Shown here one piece after another: positions 25,849 to 38,275 of a DNA stretch of 64,000 bases (its first letter is position 1; every line of letters starts with the position of its first letter). This DNA is from Octopus sinensis (lineage: Eukaryota): positions 47,616,001 through 47,680,000 of the forward strand of contig NC_043008.1 of assembly GCF_006345805.1 (NCBI RefSeq). Reading direction: 5' to 3'. The position numbers and the translations under genes are program-made. The notes under the pieces are model-generated. The model did not search any database. It saw only the letters and a list, made by a program, of their open reading frames with translations, and was not told the origin of the DNA.

Positions 25849-27209
25849 AGATAGCTAGATAGCTAGATAGATAGATAAATAGATAGATATATAGATAGCC
25901 ATATGAATGTCTTCAGGTTAATATGAGTGCAGCTTTCAGTTTGTGTGTGTAACAGTGAATCCACTGCTGTCTTTCAGCGTCCGTATGTCCTCTTTTATAC
26001 ATTATACATTAAGTGTGTCTGAATAAAGTGAAAACGACAACAAACCACAAATGATATTTCATGCATTTCAATATTGTTTTGCTATTTTGGCGATTTGAGT
26101 CATCTAAATTCGTCAGCGATAAGAAAGCAATTTGTCAGTACCTTTCAACGAAAGAATACAGTTCCTGTCATATTGCTGAATATGCGAAAATATGAAAGTA
26201 TTCTTTCTTTATAAAATATGTTTCTAGTAAAAGCAATAAATATACCACATAGAGAAATGTCATAACTGTAAACCCACCATTAAACCGCTGTCACATCCCT
26301 TTGAAATCAAAATAAAAGAAAGTATTCGAATCTAAATAAACAGAAAAATATCCAACTGAACATTTTAGCAGACTTAAAATTTCTATTCTTGTTTGTTTGG
26401 GTATAACTTTTAGTTTTGAAGTTCTTTTCTTTTTCTTTTAAAAGAGTATATATTTTAAAGCGTGTATATTTGTTGTGAGGAAATGGCATATCAAATTAGC
26501 ATGTCAAATGGTTGAGTTGATAAGACTTTTAAATAAATCTGACATATTTGTTGCATTTCAATAAATGCAGAAATGTGTAAATGACTCTCTCTCTCCTAAT
26601 GTAGAAGTAAGCCTTTTTTTCATTTCTGGTGGAATGACGTCAATCTTACTTTTTGTATCACAATCAACTAATTGTTAGAGGGGAAACAAAGAACAATCTT
26701 AAATGGATTAGAGAGAGATTTTTTTTTCTTTTTTCTTTTTAACTTCCAAGAAAGAGAGTCTGGTAATTACTTGATGCACTGAATTTATAGGCAATCAGGT
26801 CTCAGCGATAAAATAGAACATATTCAATATAACCTTATCTTCATTTGCCATGTGGAGTCAGAAATTCAAATGAATGCGACGTTCATAATATCAGTTTCAT
26901 AAATCATATTAAGGCCATCACTATAACTCTTTCTTACAATATCCGGACAGACAAAATGGAAAGCATTCATGCTGAAAGTCTATTTTGTAGGCGTTCAATG
27001 CATTAAAATTGCTTTTAATAAATGCCTTGTCATCACTAACCTTAAATCTTCGAGACTACACAATACACCCCAATTACAAATGGATCGCTGCTGCATATTT
27101 CATATTTTGAACAATCTTCTGAGAAATACATGCTTAGACTTTACTCATTTCACTACAATTGCACCCATAACAAGTATAAAACTATCTCCACCGACTAATA
27201 TTCTTATGA

Positions 27210-27394
27210 AGGTGATATCCTGGCAGAATCGTTAGCAAACCGGGTTTACAGGTATTTCAACTCCCACCGAGGTCGACTTCGCTTTTCATTCTTTCGGAGT
27301 TGGCAAACTAAGGACTAGTGAAACACTGGGGTCGATGTAATAGGCTAGTCCCCTCCGCCAAAATTTCAGGCTTTGTGCTTACAGCTGAAAAGGA

Positions 27395-27396
<2 letters not shown>
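27210..27396 (+). mobile_element. SINE copy ending in (ATT)n
   Basis: CTGGCAGAATCGTTAGC...GAGGTCGACTTCGCTTTTCAT...CACTGGGGTCGATGTAAT followed by (ATT)n at 27396-27482. Confidence 0.75.
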
Positions 27397-27482
<86 letters not shown>

Positions 27483-28004
27483 GAGTGAGAGAGCAGTGCA
27501 TGTCATCAAAGTGACGCTGGGGTAAAATATACGAAGCCCAGTATCCCCATCATGACTACCCGTCTGATAAGGGTACACCAGGCACATGCATCACACCCAT
27601 ATATGTGCGCGATAAGGTGATCTTATATCAAGATAAACAGCGCATGACCTTGCAGGTGGGGCCCATTTAGAATTTTCTCCTGGTCGAGTAGCCCACCCCG
27701 CTCAAAAGTTCCTTGAATAAGGATTGTTTAAGGATGTTTCCAGAGGTGAATTATCCAAACCTCAGAGAATCCCTCTCAACACATGACTATGATGCCTCCC
27801 CGTACTACTTCTGATCGTGATCAGCCACTAAGGGACATGGTCAACTGGTTACGGTCAAACAACTGACAAGCAAATCTTTGGTTTTGAGCAGAATATTTGC
27901 TGTAGCCCATCTTTTATACAAAGACTAAACAATGTACATGATAACACTTCCAATCAGTTAAAATCAGAAGCCACGAGGGCCACTACTTGGTACTGCATCA
28001 GGGC
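27483..28004 (-). mobile_element. Non-coding ~520-bp interspersed element flanked by (TAA)n
   Basis: A second copy at 63808-64000 begins with the same GAGTGAGAGAGCAGTGCATG directly after (ATT)n; no recognisable coding remnant. Confidence 0.8.
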
Positions 28005-28012
28005 TATTATTA

Positions 28013-28061
<49 letters not shown>

Positions 28062-28074
28062 TATTATTATTATT

Positions 28075-30017
28075 TCTTTTAATCTGCATGCTTGTTTTAA
28101 TCACTTGCCGGAGCACACCCAACGTCCTAGGGCGAGTGAACAAGGAGAGTTATTACAGTATGGCTGAAAGCTTGGTGAGGGGAAGTATCAGTGGCAGAAA
28201 TATCTTCATGCAATACAACACTGACATTTAAATGGATAGGGGTTTTCTAAGGAAGTAGGCAGTACTTGTCAGCACTCTATTTTGGATTTCTCTGAGGCAT
28301 GTTTCTCTTGGGATCTTACCTAGAAGTTTCTGACATCCCGTTTTTATCATACGTAGGGCACCTACACTAACAGGAATAATTCTTGCTTTAAGATGCTACA
28401 TCTTTTGTATTTCAATTTCCAGGTCCTTATAATTACTTAATTTGTCAAATTCTTTTACAAACATATTTTTATCAGTGGGAACACTTGCAGCTATTAATCT
28501 ACAAGTATTTTCTTCTCTATCCTTAATGACTGCTTGGATTCTATGCCATCCGATCAATTTTGACCACAACACCAAACATAGTCTTCGGAAATATTCTATC
28601 CTCAGTTGTCCTTTCATTTCCTTCTCCATGATTTAGTTGAATTCTGGTATGCCAACGTATTTGCAGCCTTCCATTTTAATTAGTTTAATCAGTTCTCTAC
28701 TTGGTAATTCTACCCCTGATAGGGACCGTACCTTGCTTCTTTTCAGGTACATTATGCCACACTTCTTGAGTCCGAATTCCATTCTAATATCAGCATTAAA
28801 GCAGTGGACCGTGTTCACGTCTTGCCTCTCCGTAAAATGTCAGCCCAGTGTTTCACCCCACCATACTTCTCTTCAGAAAACACGTTACATTCCTCACAAT
28901 TCCAATCAAATCTAAGCCTTCAGTTATCCACGAATGTGGAATCATATCATATATTTACGATAACCAATCCAAGCCATTCCCAAGTTTGTCCTCTTTCCAT
29001 TACAATCTTACATTACCATTTTGTCTACCAAAAATTAGTCCTTGGCACCTCTGCATTCCCTCCTACAACTTTTATGTTCTGTCGATAACATATCGTTCTC
29101 ATCAAGAAAAATGTACAGTTCTTCTGAAAATGTCTCCTGACAGTAACTTCCACATTAATGGGAGGTAATAAATTGGCCCTTAATGATCGGCAGTATTTCT
29201 TTTGGATGCATCCTTCAGATACAACCCTTCGCCCTTTTTGTTAGCCCGGGATTTCTTCTTCTCTATCGATCAATGCATTAAATTGCTCTGCGATCAAATT
29301 GCTTTTTTTATCCGAAATCCTTGGACACCATTCGATCCTGTTGCTTTCCAATTGCTTATCTTGTTACTCATATTTCTGAAACGGTCTACTCCGAATTGGA
29401 TATCCTCTTGCTGGGAATAAGAAGCTGTTTGCTTCATGCTGCAGAGCCATTCAGCTGTAGTATTATGCTGTTCTTGCTTACTCCATATCTTACCCCAAAA
29501 ATGTCGACTTTCATCAACATCAGGAACTAATCTTTCACATTCTTTATCATAATTAATTTCTTGATAAAAACTTTCTTGGTCGATTCTAAACAATTGGCTT
29601 TGCTGCTATTCTTTAATCTGTTGTTCAGACCTAATTAGCTTTGCTTTTTCGGCAAGTATACACTGCTTCAGTTCATTAATTACAGCCTTCAGGTCTTTTG
29701 TATGTACACCATACATCATCAGTTTTTCAAATTTGCGATCATTCTTCAATTCTCCTTTTCTTTTCCTGACACGTTTTGACCCTGCACTATTCGGAAACAC
29801 TATTCTTGTGAAATCCTCCTTTCCCACCAGGGTTGTTTATTTCCTCATTTATCCATCGATGTTCTGTTTTCAATTGATTCCCATCCCATCCTTTCTGTCG
29901 CAATCCTACTTGCAGCCTTGATAAGTTGAATTGTTTCTGTGATGTTCTTTTCTTCGACTTGTTCCAATACACTATTGACTTTAATTGTCTCTTGATATAG
30001 TCTCCATCGGTTAGACT
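28075..30017 (-). mobile_element. RLE-type (R4/Dong-like) non-LTR element, decayed and internally deleted
   Basis: Fragments FWGKIW...NWKATGSNGVQGF (RT N-terminus), DIRMEFGLKKC...YVGI, EYFRR-x-x-LVL-x-SKL, then a jump to SVPTDKN...KLSNYKDLEIEIQKM (RLE); (TAA)n at the 3' end. Confidence 0.85.
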
Positions 30018-30034
30018 TCAAGATATTATTATTG

Positions 30035-30540
30035 CTGTTGTTGTTGTTGTGCTTATTATCATTATAACTGTTGTTGTTGTCAAGGCGGGGAGCTGGCAGA
30101 ATCTTTTTCCAAAATGCTTAGTGGTGGGGGTGGTGGATGTGGTGGTGGTTGTGGTGGTGGTGGTGTTGGTTGTGGATGTGGTGGTGGTCGTGGTCGTGGT
30201 CGTAGTCGTGGTCGTGGTGATCGTGGTGGTCATGGTGATGGTGCTGGTGGTGGTGGTCGTCGTCGTCTTGGTCATGGTGGCGATCGTGGTGGTGGTAGTG
30301 ATGGTGGTGGTATCGACGCCGACGACGACGATCATGATGAACATGAAGATCGTGGTGATAACGAAGAGGATGGTGGTGAGGATATTAACTGCTTATACAA
30401 TTTTACATCATACAATAATTGAGTTTGTCTACGCCGGAAATGTATTCGCTGCTACTGCATACATTGATACTGTGCTTGTTTTCATATTTGTTGTTGTTGT
30501 CGTCGTCGTCGTCGTCTTCGTCTTCGTTGTTGTTGTTGCA
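30035..30540. repeat. Compound (GTT)/(GGT)/(GTC)/(GAC) trinucleotide field with a SINE head fragment at 30082-30122
   Basis: Direct reading; AAGGCGGGGAGCTGGCAGAATC matches the SINE 5' end. Confidence 0.88.
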
Positions 30541-30857
30541 ATGATTCCGAGCAGACTCTGACGAAGGTTTTGTCGTGCACCGTTAGACGCGAGGTGTCGA
30601 TGTGTTCAACACGAGACGCTTTTCTTGTATGTCTAAATCCGCCACGGTTCTAATGTATAACCTTATTACACCGAAAGTAGCACAATATTTGCCAACATTT
30701 CCATGTAAACTTATTTCTTTTATTCTCTTTTTATAATGATTTATTCTTTCCGTCCAGTGTTAAACGGATGACTAAACACAACCAGGACGATGCCAATTGC
30801 TTTAGCCAACAAGGGGTTACGTAGGGACAAATATATATATATGTTTTAATATTGCAG

Positions 30858-30892
<35 letters not shown>

Positions 30893-31236
30893 GGTGTTGT
30901 CGCTGCTGCCTCTGCAGCTGTATGTAGAATCATAATACAACAGTGATTGTCTGAAGGTGAGCTCATTCTATATTATGGTTTTGGAAAAGGAAACAACTAA
31001 CAACTTAACCATTTCCAACATTAAACAAAGAAAAATGTTGTTGTTGTTTTTTTCTACTCAACTAAACATTTGATTCTTTCTTCTTCTCATCGTTTCAAAT
31101 CGATATATTTATAGGCTTAACCTTCATAAATAGACCAGAATATATATCCTCGCTACAACGCTAGTACCATTATTGAAATAAAGTAGTAATGCTACATACA
31201 GATCTGTTATGAAGTTGAAATACTTACACGCACACG

Positions 31237-31273
<37 letters not shown>

Positions 31274-31374
31274 TATATATAAAATATTATTAGAGACAAA
31301 ACCACTATTTTGCAAAACAAACAAGGAAAGACTTAATCAATACATAAAATTTTAATAAATAGTCAAAAAAACCG

Positions 31375-31417
31375 CCACTACAATCATTTCTTGTCTTGAT
31401 CGACAATCTTCAGGTGG
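31375..31417 (-). ncRNA. Minimal type I hammerhead motif (left arm)
   Basis: Same motif on the reverse strand with position 15.2 C>U (GAAAUGAUUGUA). Confidence 0.74.
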
Positions 31418-31467
31418 ACTTCCAATAAGTCAGTTTCAATTAAATTTGAAACTGACTTATTGGAAGT

Positions 31468-31510
31468 CCACCTGAAGATTGTCGATCAAGACAAGAAACG
31501 ATTGTAGTGG
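31468..31510 (+). ncRNA. Minimal type I hammerhead motif (right arm)
   Basis: CCAC-CUGAAGA-UUGUC(GAUCAA)GACAA-GAAA-C(GAUU)G-UA|GUGG: canonical core, 4-bp stem I, 5-bp stem II; ACGAUUGU is self-complementary with G-U wobbles. Confidence 0.8.
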
Positions 31511-31718
31511 CGGTTTTTTTGACTATTTATTAAAATTTTATGTATTGATTAAGTCTTTCCTTGTTTGTTTTGCAAAATAGTGGTTTTGTCTCTAATAATA
31601 TTTTATAATATTTTACAATAAAATTGGATTTAATCCTAAATCTGATTTTTTTCCCTGTAAATTTGGATTTATTCCCTAATATTTATTATTATATATATAT
31701 ATATATAGGTATACATAA

Positions 31719-31750
<32 letters not shown>

Positions 31751-31763
31751 ATATATATATATA

Positions 31764-31842
<79 letters not shown>

Positions 31843-33639
31843 CAATGTCTTGCAATCTAGCCCAGGTTAAATAAGTTTAACACTGATGCGCTGGTTTGGC
31901 CTCATGTATCAGAATATAAGTCCAGCTAAAAGAAATCAAGAAATCCCATTTGCGAATCGAATTCTCATCTTTATTAGTAACTTCAGTGAGAGTTAAGACC
32001 AGAGATTAGAAGAAAAATATTGAGACGATGTATAAACCGCTACATTCAGAGAAATGGAATTGTAGATTTAGTTACATTTCCTTTTGATTATATTAGACAA
32101 TCTAATCAGAGATGACAATAATAGAAGATTCCCGGAAAACTAATATAGGTTATTTTCATTCATGAAGTAGGTAGGTTGAATTAGAGATAAATTTGTATAT
32201 TGCTGTAGCCATTGTTAGATTGATTTTCGCAAAATGTAATGCGATTCATATTCTTTCATTCAAGCTATATAAGATGTTTTGTTTTATGTTTTTTTTTTTT
32301 ATTTTGGTTACTTTATTTCTTTCTTGGTTTCGAAAAGGATCTTTGGAATAAAAATTTGAATTGAAGAATTACAAATAAATAGAAGTTAATGGTTTTAAAT
32401 GGAAGAAATAAAAAAGAAGAAAAACAGAAGAGAAAAGGAAGCAGTCAAAGAAAATGGTACATTTTCAGAAATATTTTCGGCATATGATATCTATACTATT
32501 GTCAATTAAAGTATTTCTAGCGCTCTAAGACGAAATTTGAACTTGAAACCATTCCAATTGTTGACGGCAGTGTGTCCAGAGCACTACAAGCGTCATCTCT
32601 TAAACTTTTAAAGTCAAATGGATTGAGAGTATTATCAGCACTACAGTTTCTGCAAGTTTTTATGGCCAAATCTTTCGTGTATCGAACCAGCAATATCTCA
32701 TAAATCGTGTACGGTACTGAATGTTTCCAATTCCGTTCTCTTTTACACATTATCAGTTTTCTGTTTTTAGTGAAGATCAAAAGAATTGCTGAGAGTTAGG
32801 TGTGAATTTTCATTTGACACGAAATCGTGAGATAGCAGTAGACTTAGGAGTGAAACCACTTTCAAAACGCAGAGCACTACGAAGATTAAGTTTTATTTTC
32901 CTGCCCTCATTATTTTATTACGTATTTCACAGTTGTTTTGTTTCTATTTCAAATAACGTAACAGGTTGTCAGACACGGGAGTCGGTAGTCTTCCTTCGTA
33001 AAGTCATTGCTACAAAGAACAAATGAAATGGCTGTGAAAGGGAGTGAAACCAGAGAAGGCCGAAGACCTGATGTTGCGATCTACACTGTTGACATTTTAA
33101 ATATTGGTCACTCTCGTTTCTGTGATGGTGATTTAGGATCGACAGAATTGTTTCAATTACCTGTTTCAATTATTTCAATTATTTTAACGTTAATTTCAAA
33201 AATGAAATCTGATCAACTAAAAAAGGAATTGCACTTAAAATCTGAAGAAACGCGAAGCATGGTGCCGAATGTGACCACCACTACCAACACCCCGGTTATG
33301 CACCGAAAGGAGCACTGCTTGTGCACTTCTAAATGTTGTATCGATGAACTTAAAATCACGATGTCGGTTGAAAATGATTTACAATAGAAAAGAACCAATT
33401 GAAGCTTTGTGAAGTATTTTGTGTCGAGCGTCCTCGTTAGCACAAATCCTTCCAGCCGTGCAATTGGATATGTAGTACTATATACAATCGTTTGGTTTGA
33501 TAGACGACCGACGTTGTATTAATAATGGTTATTGAATACAGACATATGGGGTCTTTATTTATTGGTTACATTTAGAAATAGACACTTTTGTCAAGATAAA
33601 ATTGGAAAGCTATTATAAAGACTAAAGGTATGTCCTTAC

Positions 33640-33819
33640 GTTGGCAAGCTTTATCTCCAAATCCACCATATCACTCATGTCTTCTTCAGCTGTCTTCGGG
33701 TCGGCCCCAAAATTGATTGCCATCTGAACGGCGAGCTTTTCATAAGCCTTTAATTTGGTATCATTGCGACCTTTCAAGTAATACTTTTGCCCAGGCATTC
33801 CGAAAGAAGGTTGATCGAT
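33640..33819 (-). CDS. M13 peptidase exon (180 nt; IDQPSFGMPGQKYYL...LEIKLAN)
   Basis: tttgtag|ATCGAT...GCCAAC|gtaagg; 60 codons, phase 0-0; absent from the supplied ORF track, read directly from the reverse strand. Confidence 0.94.
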
Positions 33820-35070
33820 CTACAAATCATATTGAAAAGGAAAAAAATAAATCATGAAAGAAAGAATGAAATTTGTGCGTTTAAACTTCATTTATAGACA
33901 GGTGTTATGGAAAATGCGCAAAATGTATCATATGCGTTCCTTAATCAGAGCTGTTCATTTCTGCAATATGGTTCTCCACATTACATTATGCAAGAATGCA
34001 TGCTGTTTTAGACCATGAAGACGTTTGTAGTGACATTGTTGCTGCGTTAGACGATATACTCCTCTTCCTTCCATACTTCATGACTCTTTGTAAGTGTGTA
34101 ACAGGAAAATGAAGTCTGCCTTGAGTGCTTATGATGGCTTCCACTCGACGTTTTAATTTCAGTTTTATATCTTATGATATATGATGTGATATATATTATA
34201 TATACATATACACATACATATGCATGTTTGTGTATGTGTATGCACATATATATGTATTTGCGTATATATATGTGTTTATATATTACATATGTTTATACAT
34301 AAGTATGTGTGAGTGTGTGCGCAACATGTGCATTTATATATATGTATGTGCATGTGTTTGTGTACGTGTTGATGTCTGTGTGTGTATTTGTGTTGTACGT
34401 TTTGGTGTGTGTATGTGTGTGTGTGTGTGTGCGTGTGTGTGTGTGCATGTGTGTGTGTATGTGTGTATGTGTCTATATATGTCCGTGTGTATTAAATGCA
34501 TCATACTGTGACAAGAATTTAAAACATTATAAATGCTGAAAATTACGCTTCGATATTCTCAGAGCAGCAACTCATTAGCCCAGTCGCAACCATATTATAA
34601 GGCCACGCACTTTTAACCACGTTTTAACAATTAAATAGTAATGGCGACTGTTTATATATCCTACATTAAGACCAAGGGTTCTTCGACCAGCAGTTCCCAT
34701 ATACGTAGTTGCCTATTTTACTGCAACACACGCAACAAGCGTCTTCTAATCGTTGGCGTCTTGACATCAATAAAGAACTGATCTCGAAGACAGGGTTTGG
34801 AAGTCTTGTAATCTATTGAATAATAAAGTTTTCACTGAAAACTTTGCCTTCTTGTTCTTTATCGAGTACAAGAAGCTTTGGTGGAAACAATCCAGCACTA
34901 AATTAATCTCATAAAATGAGCTGAAATTGTCACCGGAAGTTGGTGGAATGGGCGTTTCTTAATTGTGCAAAGTCTACCAAAGAGAAACTAACAAAACTGT
35001 AACCTGAAAATCAGGAAACAAAGGATTCATTTAGCTTCGAAGTGTGAATAATTTTCAAACGATTACTTAC

Positions 35071-35276
35071 CGAGAGTACATGACTAGTGGAGTTCTTATT
35101 GTTTGAGCGAACTGCAATGTGAATTAAAGGCTGACAATTGTATTTTCTTAACGATGACAGTAAATTAACTAGACTAAAATTATTTATATCCCTACTGTTG
35201 TACCGTACTGGCCAATCACCAAATTCTCCTCTCAGTACTGTTTCAAATTCTGCTAAACTGCGTTCTTCGATTAATG
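35071..35276 (-). CDS. M13 peptidase exon (206 nt; LIEERS...GDWPV...KNSTSHVLS)
   Basis: ttttcgcag|CATTAATC...CTCTCG|gtaagt; phase 1-0; GxWP and KNS motifs. Confidence 0.92.
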
Positions 35277-38022
35277 CTGCGAAAAGAAAGACAAGCAAAC
35301 GTTTATTGCAGTTTATAGAAGTAACATTTAATAAATGAAAAACCACAGTTATTTTATAATTAATAGACTTCATCCAATATAGAACTAGTTTAAATACCTC
35401 TGATATGAAGGAAAGACATAATTTGCTTAGTTTTCATTTGAACTTACAACTTTAAAAGACGTTTCTAATTTAAATACTTTAGAGAAATAAAGCGGGAGTT
35501 TTATATTTTTGTCATCGCTTTGGATAGATTTCGGCGAAATATGAAATCTTTTACTGAGATGAGAGTCACGTGTAATAGTCGTCTCAACGCTATTACTTTA
35601 TGCGCTCGACTAATGGCTTATTAAATGCGAATTTGTTGCAGATCTGCTTTTTATTACTAAATTCCTAATGAATGGTACCTACTTGATTTAACCTCAATTT
35701 CTATGACAAAACTATCTGAGGCGGCAAAGTAGAAATTTAATATCGAAATTATCTTCTAGGTCAAACTGATTTCATATTACTTAAGATCTAGATGCGCTTC
35801 AAAACAAGGTATTTTGCTTCTGTTCTAAAGCATAAAAATTGCTTTTAATTGAATAGAAAAAAAGAAACCAGTATTCGAACTATCCCCCCCCCCTACATTA
35901 AGAAGTCCCAATGTGTCTACAGTGATGGAAATATAAGTGCCATTAGGAATATTAAGCCTTCTCTGGGAATTCCGATTCAGCTTTTTTTAATTCATTTATT
36001 ATATGCTTCGTATATATAGATTATCCTTCATACATATAGATTATAATATGGTATTATAAACATACACGTGTCCATCATCATAAGCTCCTTTAAAGGAACA
36101 TATACACATCATACTGGAGATATATACTTGCAATAGTATCAAGGCTTACTGTTTCTTTTTTTTATCTCAAAAGTATAATTGTATTCAATAATTATCTGTT
36201 GTACACCTCAATCATAGATTCATTTCTCTTCCTGTTTCAAGATATTGAAAAATATTAATTTCAGGTTGTGAAATAAGATAGGAAACATTTCTAAAACGGG
36301 GAAATTCTCAAACCAGTCTATTTTTAATGTTTAAGAATTTAAACATTCATGTGTATCGATGACGCCATTTTTTAAAAACTTGAACAGAATTATTTAGAGT
36401 CTAGATTCAAGTATTTGAATGTTTGTTTGATCGAAAAGTTTCTGGAGACAAGACAGACATTGCTAATTCTTCTTGTGTATATCTCGATGAGATAAAAGAT
36501 AATCCAGGTGGAATAAAGATTCTCAACGTACAATGGCGATTCTGAAGACTTTTAAGATTCTCGTCTAACTTTCCCCGTTGCAGTTCCCTCCATTACTCAT
36601 TCTACAATATATATATATGACATAAATTTCTTTACATAGGAAGTCACTAAAACTGAATTCATAGAGTTAATCATTAGGGATCCTAAGTAATTAAGCTACT
36701 AAATTATTTTAATGAATGCGATTAAGCATTTATAGTAGTCGTGTAATGATAGCTGGCGTTACACCAAATTAATTTGCTTCAACAAGGATTTGCAGAAAAG
36801 GACCAAATATGGATATTCTTGGCTGCTGTTATCGTGTGTTGCACATAAATACTTTAATGAAAATATTTTTATTAGAAAACGGAAGTAGAAGGAATACACA
36901 GGTGATATGCTAATGGGATAGAAACACGTTGTTGTTGCTGTTGTTGTTGTTGTTTAATCTCCGGTAGGCCCTGATCGAGCAAACTCATAATCCAAGGCCT
37001 TTCAGCCGTGGCCATAGTTTTTCAAACTTATATGTGACAAAGTTCTTCAATATTCTTTCAAACGACATGGTACAATTCAATGGAAATCTGACTGCTGTTT
37101 TTAGCACGGCATTCAACCGAGTAGATTCGTCCTCAAAATCACCACAAATCTCAGTTGAAGAATAATTCATGCTATTGTACCTAATGAATGAGATAGTATC
37201 ATTGTGATTTTTTCAAATGTCTAATATACAGAATTTTGGAATAAATAGAAGGATACGCCATTTAAAATGTATTGAAAATGCGATTAATAAAATGTTTGAG
37301 AGATTTTAAACTGAACGACGATATTTTCAGCAAGAAAATATGAAATGTAAAAGATTTGAATAGTAAAAATCGAAAAATGCTTAAAGATTTCAACAGCCAA
37401 TTATTTAATATAAACTGTTATATTAATATTTGATATTTCGTAGAAAGTCGTTCACAATTAACATGGTAATGAGTAAGAGATATAATACAGAGATTTAGGT
37501 CACCACTCTTACTTTTGCTCTACGCAGAAGTTAAAATAAGACAGACATTCTAGACATTGATAGAAATTTAAATTTTTATACATCATGTGGTTGGTAAACA
37601 GTTACAGATTATTGAATATGGTAATATATTTAAATATATTTGAATATATTTCGTTCATTTGTTGAAGTTCTTATTGCTACACAAACCAACACATTACCGT
37701 TGTTATATATTTCTAGGTCCCCTGGGGTCGCGTTTACAATTCATCTCTTTAAATCGATAAAATTATAATACAAGAGAAACAAACTTGTTATTCTCTTACG
37801 TTGCAATAGATTGGAGAATTGTCTCACGCTTAAAACTCTGCAAAGAAGTAACTCGTGGTTCCGCAGTCGGTAGAAATATCAAATATTGATTTCTATGGAT
37901 AAAGAACGAGACCAAACTTTGATAAAGTGAGCTATGGCAATATCGATTACTCCCCTTGTCACAAAGCCACAACCTTGCAGAGGAAGTGCATATATATGTG
38001 TATGTGAGTGTGCTTGCGTGTC

Positions 38023-38136
<114 letters not shown>

Positions 38137-38241
38137 AATGTGAACTTAAGAAACAGACATATATACATATATATGTGCGTGTGCATATATTTCATCTATA
38201 TCTACATTTATATTATATACATACACACACACACACACACC

Positions 38242-38275
<34 letters not shown>

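Larger units (their letters stand above)
31278..31607. repeat. Near-perfect palindrome: 162-bp arms, 6-nt spacer; Penelope-type pLTR foldback
   Basis: Arms 31278-31439 and 31446-31607 pair without gaps (paired coordinates sum to 62885) with one mismatch (A31386/C31499); the spacer is TTAAAT. Confidence 0.95.

Noticed and set aside
33007-33387. 126-aa plus-strand ORF near a peptidase exon
   Set aside because: No motif, antisense and intronic to the host gene; its length is within chance expectation.
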